From assembly GCA_001600695.1 (NCBI GenBank), contig BCKQ01000012.1:151440-215439 (forward strand): a stretch of 64,000 nucleotides of DNA, read 5' to 3'. The position numbers were made by a program, and so were the translations under genes. The notes below the pieces were generated by a model. It searched no databases, was not told where the DNA came from, and saw only the letters and a list, made by a program, of their open reading frames with translations. This document shows positions 37,611 through 49,052 of this stretch, in pieces (positions within the stretch are counted from its first letter, which is position 1; each line of letters opens with the position of its first letter). Source of the stretch: Ascoidea asiatica JCM 7603. Lineage: Eukaryota > Fungi > Ascomycota.

Positions 37611-38107
37611 CTTGAATATTAGATTGATTTCACCAATTGATTTATGTTTTGGTAATATTCTTCTTCTCAATTGATGATCTGATATATTTCTTTCTTTCTT
37701 TATTAATGAATTGATGAATTGATGAATTGATTAAGGAAATAAGAAAGAAGAGGAAAAGAAATAAGAAATAAGAAATAAGAAATAAGAAGAAAAAAAGAGT
37801 TTCGTGGAGTTTTTCATTGCTGTTTTTAGCGCCGACTCAAAAAACCCCAAAGCAAAAAGTGGCAAATCAGAAAATAAACAAAGAAAAATAAGCGCCGATA
37901 CAAAAATAAGCGCCGATACAAAAATAAACAAAACAAATAAAAAATACATCAAAAGACAATAAAAGAAGATTAAAAGAAGATTAAAAGAAGATTAAAAGAC
38001 AATAAAAGAAGATTAAAAGACAATAAAAGACAAGAAGTAGTTGGATTATATGAAGACATTGAAAACATTCTTGTTGGTGATGCTGTTATTCTTCTTTTGA
38101 ATAAGAA

Positions 38108-39712
38108 ATGAATCTTAATGAAAATAAATTAAAATTCTCAGAAATTTATAAAAATTCAAACAAAATTCCAATTCTTTTATCAAATTCAAATAAATTCTTA
38201 ATTTATTATAATGATTTTAATATAAATCAAAGATCAATTGATATAATATTTATACCATTTAATTCTTTAATTAGATCAATAAATTTAAATAAACATGATT
38301 CAATAATTAAAAGTATTGAAATATCTCCAATTTCAAATATTTTTGCAATTTTATTCAATAATAATATTATTAAATTATATGATTTAATTAATATTAATTT
38401 CTTTAAACAAATCAATCTTAATAACAATAATAATAATAATATCAATATTGATAAAATTCAATGGATTAATGATCAAATTATTATAGTCTTTTATCAATTT
38501 CAATTATATCTTAAATTTATCTCAATTCAATCAAATTTCAACTTATTAAATGATTATTATCCAATTATAACTAAATTATGGAAAAATAAATTAATAAATT
38601 TTAAAAATTATTCTTTAAATAATGAAACTTCTTTAAATATTTTACAAAAAAATAATATTTTAAATAATTTAATTTTCTTAAATAATAATTTAAAATCATT
38701 TTATAAAATTAAATTAAATTGCTCATACTATACGAACTCATATCATATTTTATAAAATTAAATTAAATTGCTCATACTATACGAACTCATATCATATTTT
38801 ATAAAATTAAATTAAATTGCTCATACTATACGAACTCATATCATATTTTATAAAATTAAATTAAATGAAATTTTTGAAATTTATAAAATTTCATTCTCAA
38901 TCTCAAATTCATTTTTTTATATTATTGATATTTATAAATTTAATTTTTCAAAAATTTATATATTTAATTCAATTGGTGATAATTTATTTTCAAAAAATTT
39001 AATTTCAAAAAATTCTTTAATATTTTGGTTATCAATTAAAAATAATAAAAAAGATTATTTATTAATTAATAATAAAATTTATAATATTACAAATGGATTT
39101 TTATTAATTAATAAATTTAATAAAGAAATTGAAAATATTGAAATTATTAATCAAAAACAAGATATTAAAGATCAAAATGAAAATGAGGAAACAATTTTAA
39201 TAATAAAATTTAAAGATTTAAATTCAATTTTTTTCTTTAAATTTAATGAAAATTTTTTAAAAAATTTTGAAATTGATTTGAATTTAAGTTTCAAGAAGAT
39301 TGATTTAGATATAATTTCAATAAAATTTAAAAAAATTTTTTATTATAATTCTAAAATTTTATTAATTTTATCAAATTTAAAAATTTTTATATGGGATTTA
39401 TATTTAAATAAATGTTTAAAAGAAATTGAATTAATTTCAATATTTAATTATTCAAAATTATTAAATATTAAATTACTTTCTACTAATAATAAAGATAATA
39501 AAGATAATAAAGATAAAATAATTAAATTATTATGTTTGAATGAAGAAAATGAATTTAAATTACTATATTATGATTTAAAAAATGATAATGAATTAGAAGA
39601 GGATAATGAATATGTAAATAATATTGAATTAATAACAGAAATTAATAATATTAAAAATAATAATAATAATTTAATTGAAGATACATTTGAATTAAAATTT
39701 AAAAAAAAATAA
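38108..39712 (+). pseudogene. Beta-propeller protein gene (possibly WDR8/WRAP73-like) interrupted by a 147-bp tandem insertion
   Basis: Removing 38720-38866 joins ORFs 38108-38755 and 39278-39712 into one stop-free 485-aa frame; FSEIYK, IKSIEISP, IIKLYDL, IQW..IVFYQFQL, terminal EDTF; the family call is weak. Confidence 0.6.
38699..38866. repeat. Three exact 49-bp tandem units (28-bp insert + 21-bp duplicated gene sequence)
   Basis: Units start at 38720, 38769, 38818; TTTTATAAAATTAAATTAAAT occurs four times. Confidence 0.95.
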
Positions 39713-40726
39713 TTAAATTTTATTATCACAACATTTAAATAAATCATTTGGTATAATTTCAATTAAATAATTATCAGGATCTTTAATAAAAGCAATATTT
39801 TTTAAATTACCTTTATTAAATTTTAAACTCCAATTTAAATTTGGAAAATTTTTTTCAATATCTTCACAAAATTTTTTTGCATTATCAAAAGATATACAAA
39901 TATGTCCAAAACCTTGTTTTTTATGAATATTATTATTACCTAAATTATAACCTTTAAAATTTTTATCAATTTCAGTACCCCAATTATGAGTTAATTCTAA
40001 AATTGATTGTTTATTTGATTGATCAGATTTTAATAATGGTAATGATAAATTATTTTGATTATAACCTAAGAAATATAAAGTAAATTTATTTTTTTCATTA
40101 ATTTTTTTTGATAATAATTTAAAATTAAAAATTTTTTTATAAAAATCTAAAGATTTTTTTGGATCTTTAATTCTAATCATTGTATGATTAAAAAGGTAAG
40201 TATTTTTATTAGAAATTGGATTTGAAATTAAAGATAATTTTTCAAAATTATTTAAATTATTATTTTGAATTAATTCAATCCAATAATTATCAGGATCTAA
40301 TAAAAATATAATATCTTTTTGATTACCATTATTTAATTTTTTTTTAAAATTAATTTTATTATTTATAAAAATTTCTTCTGCTTTTAAAATATTATCAACA
40401 GAAAAACAAATATGACCAAAACCAGAATTTGGATTTTTTTCATTATTTATAATTTCAATATCATTACCATTATAATAACCTTTAAAATTTTTATCAAATT
40501 CAGTATTATAATTATGAGTTAATTCTAAAATTCCTTCTTTTTTTGCCCAATTTTCATTAAAACCAATTAAATTTAATCTATTATAACCTAACATATATAA
40601 ATCAAATTTATTTTCAGGAAATTTAAAAATTTCAAGTAATTCTAAACCAAAATTTTTTTCATAAAATGGAATTGAAATTTTTGGATCTTTTATACGAAGA
40701 CATGTATGATTAAAAACTGGTGCCAT
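39713..40726 (-). CDS. GLO1: Glyoxalase I (monomeric two-domain fungal type)
   Basis: Duplicated NHTCLRIKDP/NHTMIRIKDP, LELTHN, GFGHIC, DPDNYWIE. Confidence 0.96.
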   Translation of the reverse strand: MAPVFNHTCLRIKDPKISIPFYEKNFGLELLEIFKFPENKFDLYMLGYNRLNLIGFNENWAKKEGILELTHNYNTEFDKNFKGYYNGNDIEIINNEKNPNSGFGHICFSVDNILKAEEIFINNKINFKKKLNNGNQKDIIFLLDPDNYWIELIQNNNLNNFEKLSLISNPISNKNTYLFNHTMIRIKDPKKSLDFYKKIFNFKLLSKKINEKNKFTLYFLGYNQNNLSLPLLKSDQSNKQSILELTHNWGTEIDKNFKGYNLGNNNIHKKQGFGHICISFDNAKKFCEDIEKNFPNLNWSLKFNKGNLKNIAFIKDPDNYLIEIIPNDLFKCCDNKI

Positions 40727-41694
40727 TTTTATTAATATTTTATTTTATTAATATTTTGAATTGACAATGAATTGACAATGAATTGACAATGAATTGACAA
40801 TGAATTGAATAAATTAAAAGATAATTGATGATTAGAATCTGATATTTAATTTATTTATTTCATTTATTGTTGGCTGAAACTAAAATTTAAAGGAATTGAA
40901 GAAGAAGTTTATAGCAGTAACAAAATTACCAGCAATTCTAACAGCAAATCTGACAATTGAGATACAATCAAAAATTAGTAAGCAAAATTGAAAAGGGAGT
41001 GGTTTTGGGGGGGGGGGTCTGGGTTTGGGGTCTGGTGACCGGAAACTGAGGAAGGAGAAAAGGGGTCTGGTGACAGGAAACTGTTCGTTAACGGGATTTG
41101 ATTGGGGGTTTGTGGTGTTCGTGTTCGTGTTCGTGTTGTTGTTGTTTACAGATTGGGTTTGTGGGGTAGAAATTGGTGGCGGTGGCTGGTTTTAGGTGGC
41201 CCATGTGGCAGTGGTGGCAATACTTGATGCTACCTGTGGGAATGGGAGCAGAGTAGGGTGGCGTTGCTAAATACTGCGCCGCTAGTCCTTGTGGGTCTTT
41301 TGATCTTTTTGGTCTGCTGAGAAATGATAGAGAATTGTAAGGGAATAAGGTGACCCGCACCAGCCACGGTCCCGGTAGCAGGAACACCCCCGCCCGGTGT
41401 GAGATCTCTTTCTTCGTTCTTCTCTTTCTTCTCTTTCTTCTTCTGTGCTTTGTTGCACTTCGTCATGATACTACTACTACTTCTACTACTACCACTAATA
41501 ACTAAAACAAGCTGATTTTTATATTCGGGCTGGAAATGAATAAGAATATTAAAAAAAATATGTCAGTAAAATTATAAACAATCAGCATCACAATCACAAT
41601 CTGAATATCAATCAATCTAAACAAAAATTACTATAGAATAATAATCATCATTCTAGATATTATATTATTATTAAAAATGAATGTGAATAAATAA

Positions 41695-41729
<35 letters not shown>

Positions 41730-41890
41730 TAAATGAGTTTATTCTTATTCTCAATTCAAATTACTTCTTCTTTCTTTTATATTCCTCATCAATCAAATCT
41801 TATAATCAATCAATCAATCAATCAATCAATCACTTAATCACTTAATCACTTAATCAAACAATTAATTAATCAATTAAATTAATAATTTAA

Positions 41891-42238
41891 ATGTCAATTC
41901 AATTAGCTTCACAAATTATTTTACCAAATTTATTAAATCCAAATATAATTTTACCATTTTATAAAATTTCATATAAAAATTCATATAAATTTTCATATAA
42001 ATTTTCTTCAAATTTATTTATTTTAAAAAATTTTAAAAGAAATTATTCAATGGAAGATTCATTTACTGGTAAAAGTTTTTTAAATAGAGAAAAATCAAAA
42101 GAATCTTTTTATATTAAAAAACATGAAAAAGAAATGTTAAAAAAATTAAAAGATAAATTAAAAAATAATTCAAAAGATGATTTTAATGATAATATAAATT
42201 CAATTAATCAATTTAAAAAAAATTCTGATGAAATTTAA
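41891..42238 (+). CDS. Mitochondrial F1Fo ATPase inhibitor family (INH1/STF1-like)
   Basis: Presequence ending KRNYS, then SFLNREKSKESFYIKKHEKEMLKKLK. Confidence 0.78.
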   Translation: MSIQLASQIILPNLLNPNIILPFYKISYKNSYKFSYKFSSNLFILKNFKRNYSMEDSFTGKSFLNREKSKESFYIKKHEKEMLKKLKDKLKNNSKDDFNDNINSINQFKKNSDEI

Positions 42239-42516
42239 TAATATTAACATATCTTAACTTAATATATTTTCAATTCTATTCAATTCTATCATATCTCATC
42301 TTATTCTATCATAATCTTTTATTCTCTTTATTCTCTTTACTCTCTTTATTCTCTTTTTATATTCTCTTTTTATATATACATATATACATATATACATACA
42401 TTTTTAAATTAAATAAACATTTATTCAAAAAAAAAACATTAATAACTAATTAATAAATATCTATTTTCTTATATTATATTATATTATATTATCTTCTTCA
42501 TAATCATAATCAAAAT

Positions 42517-42886
42517 CTATGAAGTTTTAAATAATAAAATTGCTAATGAATCATTATAAAAATAAATAAAATTTCCCATTTCATGTGTAACATATGATCC
42601 AAAATTTTTACCAACAATACAATGCCATGTTGTACCATATATTTTATCCATTTCTTTTTTTAAATTTGCTGCAATATCTTTTTCTAATTGATTTTCTTCA
42701 ATTGATTTTTCTGTTAATTTTAAAACAAATTTTTGCATTTCTTCTGTCATATCTGTATTCTTAATAATTTCTAAATTTATTAAATATTTATATTTATATT
42801 TATATTAATATTAGTATCATTCATTATCTTCAAATATTGTTTCAAACATCTTTAAAAAATCTTTGAATACATTACTTACGTGCCAT
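42517..42886 (-). CDS. DYN2: Dynein light chain LC8, two exons (42880-42886, 42517-42770), 86 aa
   Basis: Intron 42771-42879 GTAAGT...TACTAAT...TAG gives MAQIIKNTDMTEEMQ...WHCIVGKNFGSYVTHE. Confidence 0.94.
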
Positions 42887-43578
42887 TTTGAAATCTTTTT
42901 CTTATATAATATAGGTTCTATAACAATATTAAATAAATAATATTTTAAATATCTTATAAATATTCAATAAACATTCAATAAATATTCAATAAATCATCTA
43001 AAATAAATTTAAATATCATTTTAAATTTCCATTTCCATTTCACTTTCACTTTCACTTTCAATTTCTTTCAATTTCTCCCTGAGACATCAGCCGCAACTTG
43101 CACCGCCACAAATCTCTAAAAAAAATTTAAATTTAAAAAAGGGATGAGGCTGGTGTGTCGTGAGACCATTTTTGCGGTTGCAGTGCAAAATAAACTTTAA
43201 ATTCTTTTATTTTTTAATTTTTGTATTTAAAGTAATAAATAATTGATAAATAAATAATTGATTGATTGATAGATAAATAATTGTAAATAGGTTAGTTAAA
43301 AAAGCAAAGAGAATAGAAAATTATCATTAAATAAATCATTCTTGAAAGAATTACTTCTTAGAATTAAAAAAAAAAAAAATTGAATAAAGATCAGATAGAG
43401 ATAAAATAAAAAAGGATAAATTATATTTGAAATATATAAAACCACTCAAAAACCACAAAAAAAATTCAAAAAAATTTGATAAATAAATAAATAAATAAAT
43501 AAATAAGTAAGTAAATAAATAAGTAAATAAAAATAAAAATAATAAAAGCTAATAGGCTTAAATGATTTAAACTTCATT

Positions 43579-46500
43579 TCAACTTTTAATGAAAATTGCT
43601 CCACCTCCACCATATTGTTGAGAATGATTACTTCTATCTGGATGATCTAAAAATAAACTATCTGTAGAATTTAATATATTTATCATTGCAGTATCTTCAT
43701 CTTCTTCATCAAAATATCTAATATCCATATTATCATTACTAATTAATCCAAATCGAATTTTATTAAATTCTTTTTGTCCAAGTGATAATCTTTCTTGTAA
43801 TCTTAATTTTAATGTTTTAATTGTATCATCTAATCTAATTGCAAAAAAAAATGGTATACCATGACATTTCATTGGATCTTTATGAAATTGAAAAACTGGT
43901 AAAAAATGATATTGATTAACAAGTTCTTGATAATCTTTTTTCTCTTTTTCTGTTTCAAAATAATCCAGACCATTTGGTATTAAAATTTTTGAATCTTCTG
44001 GTAATGGTGATACATATAATATATAATCATCTGAAATTTGTTCAATTTTATCTTCTGGTCTATAATATTCTTTAAATTTATGAGATTCATTTGAAAGCCA
44101 ACATAATATTGTTTCTCTAGTTTTATTATCAAAATTAACTTTATGTTGAAGTTTATCAAGTAAATCTTTAATTTTTGAATCTTTTGGAATTAAAAATTCA
44201 TATAAATGTTCATGCATAATACCTTTTGGTACCCATGATATTTTCATTCTTCTCATTGTTTCTAATTCATCTAAAGTTATTGATAATATCTCATATTCAA
44301 ATTGTAAACAAAGTCCAGCTTTATAATTTCTACTATTAACTATATGTCCAATATGATTTGAACGATGTAATGGAATTCTAGAATCACTATGAACAAAAAA
44401 AATTCTTAAATAATCTGGTGATATATCAAATTTTTTACCTAATGCTTCTGCCATATCATTATATTGAGTATTTGTTGTACACCAAAAATCAAATGTTTTT
44501 GAAATAACTGAATTAACTTTTAATTTATTTTCATTTTCAATATTTGTTGTTTCAAGTTTTTTGATATTTCCATTATTCTCATTATTCTCATTATTTCCAT
44601 TATTCTCATTATTTTTATTATTTGAATTACTTCCACTAACAATAACATAATCATCATTATCAATATTTGTAAACGGACTAAATGTTATATGAAGTCTTGT
44701 ACCTAAACATTTATAATAATCTACTGGATTTCCTGCTTTTGGATACATACATTCAGTAATTGGTTTTTCTATTTCATTAAAAGGTAATTTTCCAATAAAT
44801 TTTTTAGTATTTTCATTAAACTCTTTAAAAACTTCTTCTAATTCTTTAGCTGCACTTTCATCAACTTGTTTTTCCGATTCTGTAAAACAAATTATATCAC
44901 CATTTGATAATTCACAATCTAAGAATGATGCTTTTGTTACAATATGATCAATTCCACCTGCTTTTATTTCTTCATAAAAATCTAATTTAGTATTAAGAGG
45001 AAATCCCATAAATTTATTTAAAAATGGTATAAGACTTTCAACTAAATCATGCTTATTCATAAATATATGTCCAATTCCAGTGATTTTCATATTTCTTATA
45101 TCAAAATATTTTATTAAAAGACAAATATTTGATGATAAAGTTCCAACATCATGAAATTTGAAAATTGAATCATCTTTTTCAACTTCAATTTCTTCTTCTT
45201 TTTTTTCAACCTTATCATCATTTATTGCTTTTGTAAGTTCTGCATCCACAGTTTTAAAAATATATGGAAGAGTAATATAATTTCTAAATATTTTTGGAAT
45301 TAAATTGCCTTTTTTATTCTCATCAATATAATTAACAATTACTCTTAAATCTCTTCTAATATCTTCACAATATACTAAAAATCCTAAATTTTTTCTAGTT
45401 GAAATTCTTGAATGAACATCTTGAATTGGCATTTCAATAATATCTGATTCATCAACATCATTTATTGAAAGATCAATTGGAAGATCAGGTCTAACAGTTT
45501 CATTTTTTCTATAAACAATTGACCAAAATCTCAAAAATTTTTTTGTATCTTCTTTTTTAATTCCAAGACTTTCACCCATTATTTCATAAGCTTTATTTAA
45601 TGGAGTTGTTCTTAAAACTTTTAAAGATTTAGGTAAATCACTTGTATCATATAATAAAGAACTAAAATATTTATTATATTGATTAGCAGCTAAATCAAAA
45701 CCTTCATATTTAATAAAAATATCTTCAGTAAATAAAGATATTGGTAAACAAAGACGCATTTCTTCTTCTTCTTTTTCTTTTCTTAATTTTTCTTCTTTTT
45801 CTTTTTTAATAGTTTCAATAATATATTTTGGTACATCATCTTCAGTAACTTCTTCTAAAATTTTTGAAGCTTGAGATCTTTTAATATAAACTAACATATA
45901 AGCACTTGTATGACGTTTAGTTTGATATTCAAGAAATTCATTTCTACTATAAGTTGCTAATTCATTATTACTAATTCTATCACAACCAAAATTATCTTCA
46001 AAAACTTCTTTATTAGTAACTCTCCAAACTTTATCATCATCATATCTATGCCAAAGACCATCTTTTTTAGGTTTTATCATAGCATAATAATGACCAGAAG
46101 AAATATCACCTTGATGAATTAAAACACCATAAAGATCATAATTCCAATCATCATTTAAAATTTCTTTATTATCTTGATCTAAATATGGAGATAAATTAAT
46201 TGTATCCGGAAATTCATAACGATCATTAATTTTCATTAATTGATCATAATTAAAATCATATTCAAATCTTTTTAATTGTAAATGTAAAACAGATGGAAAA
46301 CTTTCAAATACAACACCTTTTTTAGCATCTTGATGACCAAATTCTCCAGCATCATATTGATTTTCACCATCAAGTAATTCAACTTCAATATAATTTTTAA
46401 AAGAATCTTTTAAACCTTTCATTGATTTAACATTTAATTGAATATCCCAAAAATCTTCAATTCTTGAAGATTCATAATTAACATTAATACATTTAACATA

Positions 46501-48231
46501 ACTTTTCATTTTACCAACAAAAATATTTGATAAAAGACCTTCAACATCAGTACCTTTCATAGTATTTTCTAATCTATCCATTAAAATTCTATTTAATTCT
46601 TGTACATCATGTTGTGTGAATGCATCACCAGTATCCCAACCAAAAGATCTTGTTAAATCAGAAGTATCAACAGAATCTTCAGAAATTTGTAATTGATAAA
46701 ATAATCTTTGTAAAGCAATAGTAACAGAATTATTATCATTTGAAGGAATTTTATAAACAATTTTTCTAAAATATTTTGTATAAAAATAAGATTGTAATAA
46801 AGAATTTAAATAACATGTTGCACCTTGATTTTTTAAACCAACATAACCAGTATTTTTTTTTGAATCATAATTTAAAAAATTATGCCATAAAACACCAGTT
46901 GAATCTTCAATAACATTTATAAATACAGTTATATTTAAATTATTATTTGAAGATAAATAACCTTGATTAAAATTTTGAACTTTTGATAAAGTTCTTAAAT
47001 CAACAAAATTTGAAAAACCCCAATCAGTTTCATCTTTATAAAATCTATGATGAGATTGATTAAAAAATTTAATATTTGGATTACTTGGATTCCAAATAAG
47101 TAAACCAAATTGAGCACAAATATACCAATTATTATCAATTGGTTCTTCAAAATTTTTACTATTTAAATCTTTTTTTAAATCAGGTAATGGTTGTAAATAC
47201 ATTGCTAAAGAATTATTATTATTACCATTTGGAAAAAATAAAATATTCCAATTAAAATTACCAACATTATAAATTGGAGAAGTAATTTTTGAATCTTTAA
47301 TATTTGTAAAATTTTTAATTTCCCAAGTAAAATATTTTGAATCTTTAATTTTATAATCTTTAATTTCAGTTAATTGATTTAACCAAAATTTAAAATCAGT
47401 TGCAGGAGTTTTATTTTTTATTTCTAAAATTTCAGATTGTGAATTAATTTTATGATTATTATTATCTTTAATATCTTTATTATCTTTATTATTATTATTT
47501 TTATTATTATTACTTGGAATGGTCGTTGAATTAGTTGATTTAGATATTGTGGAATTAGTGGTATTAGATATAGAATTTGAATTTGAATTAGTATTAGTAT
47601 TAGTATCAATATTTTCATTTGGTTCTTCAAGATAAGAAGTTGAAGAAGAAGAATTATAAGATTCATATATTTCGTTATCGTTATTAATATTCATAATATT
47701 TGGATTATTTATATTATTATGATTGATATCAATATCCTTATCTATATCAGTATGATCAATTTGAATAAGCTCATCATCATCATCATCATCATCTATATCA
47801 GTATGATCAATTTGGATAAGTTCATTTTCATCATCATCTTCTTCCTCATTAGAGATTAGGATTTCTTGAACCAGATTAAAATCATCATCATCATCGTCAT
47901 CATCATCTTCATCCTCATCAATATTTTCTTGGACATTTATATTATGATGATCATCAGTAATATTATTGGTATTATCATCATTTGAAGGAACAGCGTTATC
48001 AATTAAATCAATATTATTTATAATTTTATTCATATTATTATTATTACTGCTATTATTATTTTTATTTTTACTAATAATATTTTTATAATTTTTAATTAAA
48101 CTTATTTTTTTTGTAGTTTTATTTGAAATTGATGATGAATTATTATTTAAATCAATTTTATTATTATCATCTTTATTATTATTACTATTATTAGAATCAG
48201 ATTCATTTATTTGATCATTTTCAAAAGCCAT
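43579..48231 (-). CDS. UBP15: Ubiquitin-specific protease, USP7 orthologue
   Basis: MATH domain (HHRF..ETDWGF), GLKNQGATCYLNSLLQ, QHDVQE, GHYYA, C-terminal UBL region and LDHPDR..AIFIK. Confidence 0.95.
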   Translation of the reverse strand: MAFENDQINESDSNNSNNNKDDNNKIDLNNNSSSISNKTTKKISLIKNYKNIISKNKNNNSSNNNNMNKIINNIDLIDNAVPSNDDNTNNITDDHHNINVQENIDEDEDDDDDDDDDFNLVQEILISNEEEDDDENELIQIDHTDIDDDDDDDELIQIDHTDIDKDIDINHNNINNPNIMNINNDNEIYESYNSSSSTSYLEEPNENIDTNTNTNSNSNSISNTTNSTISKSTNSTTIPSNNNKNNNNKDNKDIKDNNNHKINSQSEILEIKNKTPATDFKFWLNQLTEIKDYKIKDSKYFTWEIKNFTNIKDSKITSPIYNVGNFNWNILFFPNGNNNNSLAMYLQPLPDLKKDLNSKNFEEPIDNNWYICAQFGLLIWNPSNPNIKFFNQSHHRFYKDETDWGFSNFVDLRTLSKVQNFNQGYLSSNNNLNITVFINVIEDSTGVLWHNFLNYDSKKNTGYVGLKNQGATCYLNSLLQSYFYTKYFRKIVYKIPSNDNNSVTIALQRLFYQLQISEDSVDTSDLTRSFGWDTGDAFTQHDVQELNRILMDRLENTMKGTDVEGLLSNIFVGKMKSYVKCINVNYESSRIEDFWDIQLNVKSMKGLKDSFKNYIEVELLDGENQYDAGEFGHQDAKKGVVFESFPSVLHLQLKRFEYDFNYDQLMKINDRYEFPDTINLSPYLDQDNKEILNDDWNYDLYGVLIHQGDISSGHYYAMIKPKKDGLWHRYDDDKVWRVTNKEVFEDNFGCDRISNNELATYSRNEFLEYQTKRHTSAYMLVYIKRSQASKILEEVTEDDVPKYIIETIKKEKEEKLRKEKEEEEMRLCLPISLFTEDIFIKYEGFDLAANQYNKYFSSLLYDTSDLPKSLKVLRTTPLNKAYEIMGESLGIKKEDTKKFLRFWSIVYRKNETVRPDLPIDLSINDVDESDIIEMPIQDVHSRISTRKNLGFLVYCEDIRRDLRVIVNYIDENKKGNLIPKIFRNYITLPYIFKTVDAELTKAINDDKVEKKEEEIEVEKDDSIFKFHDVGTLSSNICLLIKYFDIRNMKITGIGHIFMNKHDLVESLIPFLNKFMGFPLNTKLDFYEEIKAGGIDHIVTKASFLDCELSNGDIICFTESEKQVDESAAKELEEVFKEFNENTKKFIGKLPFNEIEKPITECMYPKAGNPVDYYKCLGTRLHITFSPFTNIDNDDYVIVSGSNSNNKNNENNGNNENNENNGNIKKLETTNIENENKLKVNSVISKTFDFWCTTNTQYNDMAEALGKKFDISPDYLRIFFVHSDSRIPLHRSNHIGHIVNSRNYKAGLCLQFEYEILSITLDELETMRRMKISWVPKGIMHEHLYEFLIPKDSKIKDLLDKLQHKVNFDNKTRETILCWLSNESHKFKEYYRPEDKIEQISDDYILYVSPLPEDSKILIPNGLDYFETEKEKKDYQELVNQYHFLPVFQFHKDPMKCHGIPFFFAIRLDDTIKTLKLRLQERLSLGQKEFNKIRFGLISNDNMDIRYFDEEDEDTAMINILNSTDSLFLDHPDRSNHSQQYGGGGAIFIKS

Positions 48232-49052
48232 TTTGAAATTATGATTTAGGAATTTAGATCTATAAAATAAGAATTAAGAATAAAGAAAAAAAAGCTAGGA
48301 ATTGAGAATTGAAAAATATATAAAGTAAGTAAGAATTGATATATAATAATTGATGTACAATATTTTAATGATTTACAATTGATTGAATTGATTGAATTGA
48401 TTCAATTGACTAGATTGATTTAATTGAATATATTAATTGTTTAATGATAATATAATAATATAATAGAGGTATATCAATAATATATCTGTAATAGTTGTGA
48501 GAATAATACAGGTTATGTTACTGGAGTGTGATCTGAAGAAGAGTGGAACAACGTTTACTGACTACAAACGAGCAGGCAGAGCAAGCTGACCCCAGGCTGA
48601 CCAATGTGTTACGTAAGCATAACAGGGTAACAGTCTCCTTGAATTAGTTGGTACCAGATCCAGGGATCTGGCATTTCAGTCACGTGCAATATCCATGTTT
48701 AGAGACCAGGTCCACGGGTCCTGTTTTTGTGACCACATGATCAGCGTCTGTCATGTGATGCATGTCCCAAATCTGTTTTTTACTTCTGTCCTGAATATCT
48801 TCTCTTGCTGCCCGCCGTTTCCAGCTGTTTCTGTCCTGCACCGAGCTGTCCTGGCGGGATGCCCTTTCCCAATTGGGACAATACACTTTAGAGTTAAAGT
48901 TATATAAAGTTGTATGTATTTCTATATGTTTATTTTATTTATTTGTTTATCTATTTGTATATCTATTTGTATATCTATTTGTTTATCTATTTGTTTATAT
49001 ATCCATGAATCATTGTTTTTATTATATTTTATTTATAAAGAAGTGTTATGAG

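Noticed and set aside
38699-38866. CRISPR-like repeat/spacer look
   Set aside because: All spacers are identical, the repeat is the host gene's own sequence, the genome is eukaryotic and there are no cas genes
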